Shown: in pieces, positions 27,901 through 37,111 of the stretch
Layout of the letters: every line of letters starts with the position of its first letter
How positions within the stretch are numbered: the stretch's first letter is position 1
Assembly (NCBI RefSeq): GCF_009914755.1
Contig: NC_060926.1
Origin: the human T2T-CHM13v2.0 reference genome, Homo sapiens
DNA length: 64,000 nt
Direction: 5' to 3' (one strand)
Made by a program: the position numbers and the translations under genes
Notes under the pieces: model-generated
Told to the model about the DNA's origin: nothing
Seen by the model: only the letters and a program-made list of their open reading frames with translations
Databases searched by the model: none

Positions 27901-30900
27901 CCTACCTCAGGGATGATGCAACATGCAACACACTTCCCAGTGCAGTGCTCCCACCTCAGGGATGATCCTAGATGCCTCCTGGTAAAGTAATCACACCTCA
28001 GGCGTGATGCAAGACACCTCCTGGTGCAGTGCTCCCAACTCAGGGATGATAAAAGACACTTCCTGGTGCAGTGCTCAAACCTCAGGCATAATCCTACAGA
28101 CCTCCTGGTGCAGTGTCTGCACCTCAGGGATGATCCAAGACTCCTCCTGATGTAGTGCTCCCACCTCAGAGATTACTTAAGACACCTTCTGGTGCAGCGG
28201 TTACAACTCAGTTATCATCCAAGATACCGCCTGGTGCAGTGTTCCCTCCTCAGGGTTATCCAAAAAATCTCCTGGTGCAGTAGTCCCTTCCGGGGGATGA
28301 ATGAAGACACCTCCTTGTGCAGTGCTCCCACCTCAGAGATTATTTAACACACCTCCTTGTGCAGTGCTCACACCTCAGGGATGATTAAAGACACTTCCTG
28401 GTGCAGTGCTCAAACCTCAAGCATAATGCAAGAGACCTACTGGTGCAGTGCCTGCACCTCAGGGATTGTACAAAACACCTCCTGGTGCATGAATCACACC
28501 TCAGGCATGATATAAGACACTTCTGAGTGAAACGTTCACACATCAGGTATGATAATCCAAAGACCTCCTGGTGAAGTGCTCACACCTCCTGGATGATCCA
28601 AGACACGTCTTGCTACAGTGCTCACACCTCAGGCATGATCCAAGACATCTCTTGGTGTAGTGTTCTTTTCTCTGATGATTCAAGACACCTCCTGATACAG
28701 TGCTCACACCTCAGGGAGGATCCAAGACACCTCCTGTTACAGTGCTCACACCTTAGGGATGATTCAAGACACTTCCTAATGCGGTGATCCTACCTCAGGG
28801 ATGATCCAAGACACCTCCTGGTTCAATGCTCACACCTCTGAGATGATCCAAGATACCTGCTGGTACAGTGCTCAACTTTCAGGAATGATCCAAGACACCT
28901 CCTGGTGCAGTGTTCACAGTCAGGCATAATACAAGACACCTCTTGGTGCAGTGCTCACACCTCAAGGATGACCCAAGACACCTCCGGGTGTAATGCTCTC
29001 TTTCCGGGGATGATCCAAGACATCTCCTGGTGCCCTGCTCCCACTTTAGGGATGATCCAAGACCCCTTTGGTGCAGTGCTCTTACCTTAGGGATAATTCA
29101 AGACACCTCCTGGTGAAGTGCTCACACCTCAGGGATGATCCGAGATACCTCCTGGTGTAGTGCTCCTACCTCAGGGATGATGCAACATCCAAGACACTTC
29201 TTGGTGCAATGCTCTCAATTCAGGGATGATCCTAGGCACCTCCTGGTACAGTGCTCACATCTCAGGTGTGATGCAAGACACCTCCTCTTGCAGTACTTCC
29301 TCCTCAGGGATGAGCCAAGACACCTGCTGGTGCAGTGCTCACACGTCAGGCGTGATCCAAGGCACTTGCAGGTGCAGTGCTCCCACCTAAGTGATGATCT
29401 GAGACACCTCCTGGTGCAGTGCTCCCAACTCAGGGTTGACAAAAGACACTTCCTGGTGCAGTGCTCAAACCTCGGACATAATCCTACAGATCTCCTGGTG
29501 CAGTGTCTGCACCTCAGGGATGATCCAAGACACCTCCTGGTGTAGTGCTTCAACCTCAGAGATTATTTAAGACACTTCTTGGTGCAGTGGTTACAACTCA
29601 GTTATCATCCAAGATACCTCCTGGTGCAGTGCTCCCTCCTCAGGGTTATCCAAAAAACCCCCTAGTGCAGTAGTCCTTTCTTGGGGATGAATGAAGACAC
29701 CTCCTTGTGCAGCGCTCCCACCTCAGAGATTATTTAAGAAACCTCCTGGTGCAGTGCTCACACCTCAGGGATGATTCATGACACTTCCTGGTGCAGTGAT
29801 CCTACCTCAGGGATGATCCAAGACACCTCCTGGTGCAATGCTCACACCTCTGAGATGATCCAAGATACTTGCTGGTACAGTGCTCAGCCTTCAGGAATGA
29901 TCCAAGACACCTCCTGGCACAGTGCTCACACTCAGGCATAATACAAGACACTTCTTTGTGCAGTGCTCACACCTCAAGGATGACCCAAGACACCTCCTGG
30001 AGTAGTGTTCTCTCCCTTGGGATGATCCAAGACAGCTCCTGGAGCAGTGCTCCCACTTCACGGATGATTCACACCCCTTTGGTCCAGTGCTCTTACCTTA
30101 GCGATGATTCAAGACACCACCTGGTGAAGTGCTCCCACCTCAGGAATGATCTGAGATACCTCCTGGTGTAGTGCTCCTACCTCAGGGATGATGCAACATG
30201 CAAGACACTTCCTGGTGCAGTGCTCCCACCTCAGGGATGCTCCAAGACACCTCCTGGTGCAGTGCTCTCAATTCAGGGATGATCCTAGACACCTCCTGGT
30301 ACAGTGCTCACACCTCACTTGTGATGCAAGACACCTCCTCGTGCAGTACTCCCTCCTCAGGAATTAGCCAAGACACCTGCTGGTGCAGTGCTCACATGTC
30401 AGGCATGATTCAAGACACTTGGAGGTGCAGTGCTCCCACTTAAGTGATGATCCAAGACACCTCCTTGTGCAGTGCCCCCAACTCAGGGTTGATAAAAGAC
30501 ACTTCCTGGTGCAGTGCTCAAACCTCAGGCATAGTCCTACAGATCTCCTGGTGCAGTGTCTGCACCTCAGGGATGATCCAAGACACCTTCTGGTGTAGTG
30601 CTTCCACCTCAGAGATTACTTAAGACACCTCCTGATGCAGTGGTTATAACTCAGTTAACATCCAAGGTACCTCCTGGTGTAGTACTCCCTCCTCAGGGTT
30701 ATCCAAAAAACCTCCTGGTGGAGTAGTCCCTGCTCAGGGATGAACGAAGACACCTCCTTGTGGAGTGCTCCCACCTCAGAGATTATTTAAGACACTTCCT
30801 GGTGCAGTGGTCACACCTCAGGCATAATCCAAGAGACCTACTGGTACAGTGCCTGCACCTCAGGGATGATACAAAACATTTCCTGGTGCATGAATCACAC

Positions 30901-31622
30901 CTCAGGCATGATATAATGTGTGAAATGTTCACACCTTATATAAGGTTCACACATTTAAGGGTGAAATGTTCACACTTCAGGTATGATGATCCAAAGACCT
31001 CCTGGTGTAGTGCTCTTACCTCTGGGAATATTCAAAACACCTCCTCTTACAGTATTCGCCCCTCAGGGATGATTTAAGACACCCCCGGTACAGTGATCAC
31101 ACCTCAGGCATGATCCAAGACACCTCTTGGGGTAGTGCTCACCCCTCAGGGAGGATCCAAGACACCTCCTGTTACAGTGCTCACACCTCAGGGATGATCC
31201 AAGACACTTCCTGGTGCAGTGATCACACCGAAGGAAAGATCCAAGACACCTCCTGTTACAGTGATCACACCTCAAGGAGGATCACGCCTCAGGTATGATC
31301 CAAAACACCTCTTGGTGTAATGCTCCTTCTTCTGATGATTCATTCTGGCACAGTGCCTGAACCTCAGGGATCACCCAAGACATCTCCTGATGTAGTGTTT
31401 TTACCTCAGGGATTATCCAAGACATCTGGTGCAGTGCTCACACCTCAGGGATGATTCAAGACCCCTTTGGTGCAGTGCTCTTACCTCAGGGATGATTCAA
31501 CATACCTTCTGATGATGTGCTCACACCTCAGGAATGATCCAAGACACCTCCTGGTGCAGTGCCTGCATCTCAGGGATGATCCGAGGCACCCTTAGGTGCA
31601 GTGCTCACACCTCTAGTATGAT
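12904..31622. repeat. ~18.7 kb tandem array of a 42-bp monomer (~445 diverged copies)
   Basis: Consensus read directly: CTCAGGGATGATCCAAGACACCTCCTGGTGCAGTGCTCACAC, head-to-tail throughout, with no interspersed TE noticed inside. Confidence 0.98.
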
Positions 31623-32164
31623 GCGTGGAATCTCACAAGCACCTAGTGATAAGAAAAGGATCATTTACTAAAGGAACTTGTGAGGCTGGCCTCAGAACTA
31701 TCTGAACATTGTGTTAGAAAGGCCAGTATTTGTAATTCTTCAGGTGAAGAGTCTGTGAACCCAAGATTTTCTCTTAGCCAAAGTTCCTGCTTGTATAAGG
31801 CAGCAGAAGACAATATCTCATGTAGGAGAACTTGTTTCCTGTGTATGCACTTTCTCAATTAAACAATGTAATCAACAGCAACAGCTATTACTACTACATG
31901 AAGAATTATTTCAGCCAACCAAAAGATGAATCCAAATCATAAACTAAACATGGATTGGACAAAGAAAGGGTGGATGGTGAGCAGGGAATTCGTTTAAATG
32001 TGAAATTAAGTCCAAATAATAGTCTTGAGTCTGGACACACATCAGAACATAAACGTTTCCCTGATCACTAATCTAATCAGGTTTCCATGTGGCTGATGGA
32101 GATTGTAAAGTGCCACCAATGATAAGGTAAGTGTCACTCTCTAAGAAGCTGAAAAGTTTTATAT

Positions 32165-32527
32165 TGCAATCTGAATGTTTGTGACCCCCCAGCCCCTATA
32201 AATTCATATATCGAAATTCTAACCCTTAAGGTGATACTATTAGGACATGGGGCCTCTGGGAGGTGAGTAGCTCATGAGGATGGTGCCTTCATAAATGGGC
32301 TTAGTGCCCTTCTAAAAGGGGCCCCAAAGAGCTTATTGGTCCCTTCCACCATGTGAGGACACAGGAAGAAAGCACTGTTTATGAGCCGGAAAAATGGCCC
32401 TCACCACACAATGAGTCTGCCTTGATCTTGGCCTTTCAGGCTCCAGAACTGTGAGAAACAAATTTTTATTATTTACAGGCTACTTAGTTCATAGCGTTTT
32501 GTTATAGCAGCTGAACAGACCAAGGCA
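32165..32527 (+). mobile_element. MLT1A-like MaLR LTR
   Basis: ctgaatgtttgtgacccc...ccaccatgtgaggacacagg...ctccagaactgtgagaaacaaattt...ttgttatagcagc...aaggca. Confidence 0.85.
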
Positions 32528-32569
32528 GACTACACGTCTATTGTGGAATTAGTCACATCTCTCTTCCCT

Positions 32570-32705
32570 TCTAGACCGCAGTCTCTCTGAGGACAGATTA
32601 TTTATTCCGAGGACATATTTTGTTTTGTGTATGACTGAGCCACTAGCAGCAACATAACCTGGAACTTAGGGAATAATCAATAAGTATTTTCTGAATAAAT
32701 GTTAA
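32570..32705 (+). mobile_element. L2 3' end fragment
   Basis: ctagaccgcagtctctctgaggacag...cctggaacttagggaataatcaataagtattttctgaataaat. Confidence 0.55.
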
Positions 32706-32903
32706 TAATTTTAATAAGATAAAAATCACAACAGATTAACCAAAATGGCAAAAAATGTGCAGAGAATACCAACCAAAAATAGGATGCTAGGGAAGTTGGA
32801 ATAAGTGTAATTCTGCTAACTTATTCACTTTGTTTTGTTACAGTAGATCATAACGTTCAGAAACACAGGATAAGAAGTATTTTTAAAGTTATAAAAAGAA
32901 TTA

Positions 32904-33194
<291 letters not shown>

Positions 33195-33389
33195 TCAGCA
33201 GAATTAACTTCTCCCCGTATTCATTTCCTTATATTTATATAAAAAAGAATTACAATGAAAACAACAACGATGACTGTATTCTTCCAAGGTATAGGAGAGG
33301 ACAGAGAGAAAGAAGACAACCTAACAATATGTAAAACAACAATGGAAGAAAACCCCTAGGAAGCATTCCACCAGGAGATTGAAATAAGA

Positions 33390-34260
33390 TCGTATAAGAC
33401 AAAATGTATCAATTATAATTATAAATGTAAATGGGATAAATTTACCCATTTTAAGAAAAAGACTCTCGGGGGCCACATAAGCCCAAAGACTTTTTGTGTG
33501 TTTACAATAAGAAAAATGAACACAGAATCATGAGAATATTTCCAAGTAAATAAAAAAGAAAATAAAACCCAGAGTGAAGTAGGAGTCACGATATTAATAC
33601 TAGAAAATTTGAGTTCAAAGAGGAAAAACTGCATGAAGAGTGTTTCTTTTTGTTGATAAAATGTTCAATCCATAATGAAGTTATATACTTCCATAAAACT
33701 AAATATAATAGACAGTATTAATATTTATTTGAGAGGCCGGGCGTGTTGGCTCACGCCTGTAATCCCAGCACTTTGGGAGGCCAAGGCGGGTGGATCATGA
33801 GGTCAGGAGTTCGAGACCAACCTGGCCAAGATGGTGAAACCCCATCCCTACTAAAAATACAAAAATTAGCTGGGTGTGGTGGAGGGTGCCTGTAATCTCA
33901 GCTACTCGGGAGGCTGAGGCAGAGAATTACTTGGACCCGGGAGGCAGAGGTTGTAGTGAGATTGCACCATTGCACTCCAGCCTGGGGAACAGAGCGAGAC
34001 TCCGTCTCAAAAAAAAAAAAAAATATTTGAAGTGGGATTGGAACCACAGGGAGAAACTGGCGGCACTACAGCTGTGGGCACTCTTAATCTCCCAGTCCCT
34101 GGTAGGTTTTGGAGACGAAGGTAAGTGGGCTTAACAGGTAATAATTGCTCCGTATTACTCAGAGTGTGGATGATGTCACATTACCTTTTCCCTCCAAATC
34201 AAATAAAATTTAGCCAAAACGTCCATATGCAAAGACTGGTAGCAAGTCTGACATTATTAT
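33390..34260 (+). mobile_element. Old L1 ORF2 (endonuclease-region) remnant interrupted by an Alu
   Basis: tatcaattataattataaatgtaaatgggataaatttaccc...aagtaggagtcacgatattaatactagaaaat parallels the start of L1 ORF2. Confidence 0.6.
33735..34023 (+). mobile_element. Full-length Alu (AluSg-like)
   Basis: ggatcatgaggtcaggagttcgagacc...ggccaagatgg, ggcagagaatt variant, poly-A tail. Confidence 0.96.
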
Positions 34261-34582
34261 TATTTTTTTTTTCAATTGAAGCCTCACCCCTCCCTTGAAC
34301 TCAACATGGGGACTTCTTTCTGGACAAAGGGGAGAGACCTGGTCCTCTGTCCAAGGTGCGTTCTGCCGCTGCTGCCCCCCTCCCAGGCCAGGCCTGTCCA
34401 CTCAAAGCCTGGCAGCTCCAGCAGTGAGTCAAAGCCCCTGTGCCAAGTGGGGCCACAGGGATGCGGCCCCCCCGTCACCCCCACAGCCCCTTTGGCAGCC
34501 CTTCTACCCCAGGCCTGCAGCTGAGGGCCTGTCTGTTAGCTCTGCGGGTGGGCTGGAGGTGTGGTCAGTTACCTTTAGCTCC

Positions 34583-34890
34583 TATCTTGGTCCATTTGGG
34601 CTACCGTAACAAAATACCGTACACGGCGTGGCTTAGGAGCATCAGGAATGTGTGGCTCACAGTTCTGGAAGACGGAGGTCCGAGGTCGAAGGCCCAGCAG
34701 CTTCGGTGTCTGGTGCGGAACCGCCTTCCAGCTGGTAGGTGTCGTCTCTCAGGCCTCTTTGATGAGCCTGATCCCGTTCGTGAGGTTTCTGCCTCTGTGA
34801 CCTCATCACCTCCTAATGTGAGGCCCCGCCCTCACTTGGGGATGAGGATTCCAGCATGTCCGTTTGCGGGGGACATATTCTGACCGTTGA
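34583..34890 (-). mobile_element. MLT1A-like LTR, unusually CpG-rich
   Basis: tatcttggtccatttgggctaccgtaacaaaatacc...gctcacagttctggaag...gacctcatcacctcc...ggggacatattctgacc. Confidence 0.78.
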
Positions 34891-35279
34891 ACTCTTTAAA
34901 GCAAAGCCCTAATTTCTCCTCTTTCTTTCCTAGTGGGGCTGATGGCGCAGTGGGAAGAGTTTGACTGTCCAGATAGCCTAGTCCCAGACCCCAGACCAGA
35001 AATCCTGTTTAGGGGCTCAGTATTGAGAAAGGCAATGTCTGGGTCCCCCTTCCTCAAGGCTGGGCAAGCGGCCCTGCCCCTGTGAGAGGTGCTGCCCCTG
35101 CTACTCAGCCCTGCCCTGCGGACGCAGTCTGCTGCGGGGGTTTCTTGGCAAATTAGCCAACACATCAGGGTCTCGAGTATGCAAATAATGGAAGACTGAC
35201 ATGGAAGTAGTCTATGTTGTAACCATCCTTGCGACAGAGCCCACCTGACTTGCTGTGTCCCTGGATCCGCAATACATTC

Positions 35280-35950
35280 TAAATGCTGGAGACAGTAGAG
35301 GTCACATCTCCTAACTACAGTGTAATGACAGTCAAAATAAAAATTCAGGAATAAATTGGAACAAGAAGACTCGCTTCCTGGGAACTTAAAACAGTCATCT
35401 CATGGATAAAAGAGAAAAACCAAATCAGCAGTGACACAATATTTAGAAAAGAACAAAAAAGAAAAAGTTACATGCTAGAGCTTATTAGATGTAGCTTGGA
35501 CTATACTGAGAAAATAATTCCACAGTTTAAAAACTGTTAAAGGAAATTAAGAAATCACTTGAAATGAAAGACAAACAAACCCAAGGAAAGCAGAAGTAAG
35601 GACTACAGATAACAGCAGAAATAATGAATTCAAAGATGGAAACAAGTGAATTGATAAATGAAGCCTGAGAGCTGACTCTAGAAAAATCGAATAGATAATC
35701 TACTAACTTGTTAACCAAGAAGAAATGTAAGAAAACACAAATTCCCCTCATAAGACTAGCCTTGGATAAACCAGAATTTACAGAGAACAATTCTTACCAT
35801 TCTAAGTTAAAAGAGTTTGAAAACGTAGTTGAAGAAGGTAATTTTTGAAAAGTATGTATTATTAAAATTAATTGAAGAAGTGTTAACATATTGAAATGCA
35901 CCAACATCTGTAGAAACATTTGAGAAAGCTGTAAAAGAATCAACGCAACG
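35280..35950 (+). mobile_element. Old L1 ORF2 remnant
   Basis: A-rich L1-like text: aaacccaaggaaagcagaagtaagg...ctctagaaaaatcgaatagataatctacta. Confidence 0.65.
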
Positions 35951-35959
35951 AAGTGTAGC

Positions 35960-36205
35960 TTGTGTGTGTGTGCATGGTGTGTGAGAGTGTGTGCCTATAT
36001 GAGCATGTGTGCATACATGTGCATATTTATGGGATGTGTGTGCATGCTGTGTGTGTGTGCCTGTGTGCATGTGTGCACATGCATATGTGTGTGTGATGTG
36101 TATCATGCATGATGTGTGTGTACGTGGCAAGTGTGTGTTCCTGTCTGTGCACGCATGTGCATGTGTGCATGGTGTGTGTGTGTGTATGTGTGTGTGTGTG
36201 TGTGT
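35960..36205. repeat. Imperfect (TG)n/(TGCA)n purine-pyrimidine repeat
   Basis: Direct reading; ends in pure (TG)n. Confidence 0.92.
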
Positions 36206-36278
36206 TTTAGCCTTCTGTAATCTTTCTCATGCTTTCCAAGCTCCTTCAAATGCAAGTAATAATAATCAAAGGAAAACG

Positions 36279-36408
36279 AAGCCCCGTATGTTTAGGAACA
36301 GTGCCATGCTTTGCTGACTGGCGAAGCTCTGTATCTTTAGGGGCGGTGTCATGCTTTGCTGACTGTCAAAGCCCTGTATCTTTAGGGACAGTGCCATGCT
36401 TTGCTGAC
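36279..36408. repeat. 45-bp tandem repeat, ~3 copies
   Basis: aagcc(c/t)..tat.tttagg.acagtgccatgctttgctgact units at 36279, 36324 and 36369. Confidence 0.9.
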
Positions 36409-36686
36409 CAGGGTGCTGGCTGTCTACCGCTGGTCCAGACCCACCTCCATCCTCGCCACGCTCTGTGTTGCAGGAGGCTGACTGCATGGGCCAGACCCCA
36501 GCGGCTTCTCTGCTCTTTGGCTTCTGGTCAGGTTGGCAGCCAGGGAGAGAGAGTAGAAGGGGGCAGGAGCTGGGCAAGGCCGCCTGGCTCCCACCCTGTC
36601 TGTTGCTGTCATTTGCCTTCTACTTCTGCCTACACTCAAACGTCTCAACTTCTGCCCTTCTGCTGATCTCTCGGCTCCTCTCGGCC

Positions 36687-37059
36687 TGTGTGACAGACTT
36701 GGAGATGTGCCACCCAGATGCCCCTTCCAGGAAGGACTTGCTCCCAGCTTTGGGGAGTGGTCAGAACATGGCTTCCACCTGTTAGCTCTTCAGGATCTTC
36801 CCAGTGATGAGCCCCAACCGGCCTGGGCCAAGTTTTTCATGCCCAGCTAACACCCGGAGACTGGGAGAGGGTCTTGGGAGACCCGAGGTGGGATGCTGGA
36901 TGGGTACTGTGCACTTGGGAGCTTCCAGACAGGCCTGTACCACAGTTGAACGTCTCCCTCCACCCGCTTCTCCCTCCTGTCCAGGTGCTGGACCCTCATA
37001 AACATCTTGTATCCTGACTTTGTCTCAACTCCTGCTTCTGAAAAACCCAACCCATGACA
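36687..37059 (+). mobile_element. ERVL LTR16-like solo LTR
   Basis: Starts tgtgtgacagacttggagatgtgccacccagatgcccctt and ends ataaacatcttgtatcctgactttgtctc...gaaaaacccaacccatgaca. Confidence 0.7.
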
Positions 37060-37111
37060 GGCGGGTCTCTCTCCAGCTCCCAACCCACGACAGGCGGGTC
37101 TCTCTCCAGCT
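37046..37111. repeat. 33-bp tandem duplication spanning the LTR end
   Basis: cccaaccca(t/c)gacaggcgggtctctctccagct x2. Confidence 0.9.

Noticed and set aside
13001-31298. Dozens of ORFs with 14-aa periodicity (SGMIQDTSWCSAHT, LRDDPRHLLVQCSH, RCEHCTRRCLGSSL with CxxC) resembling a zinc-finger or mucin-like repeat protein
   Set aside because: These follow from a 42-bp unit being divisible by 3. Stops and 1-bp frameshifts are frequent in every frame, no ORF exceeds ~150 aa, and there is no C2H2 spacing or TGEKP linker
12904-31622. CRISPR-like array (regular short repeats with palindromic elements)
   Set aside because: There are no unique spacers (the whole 42-mer repeats), no cas genes, and the context is primate genomic DNA
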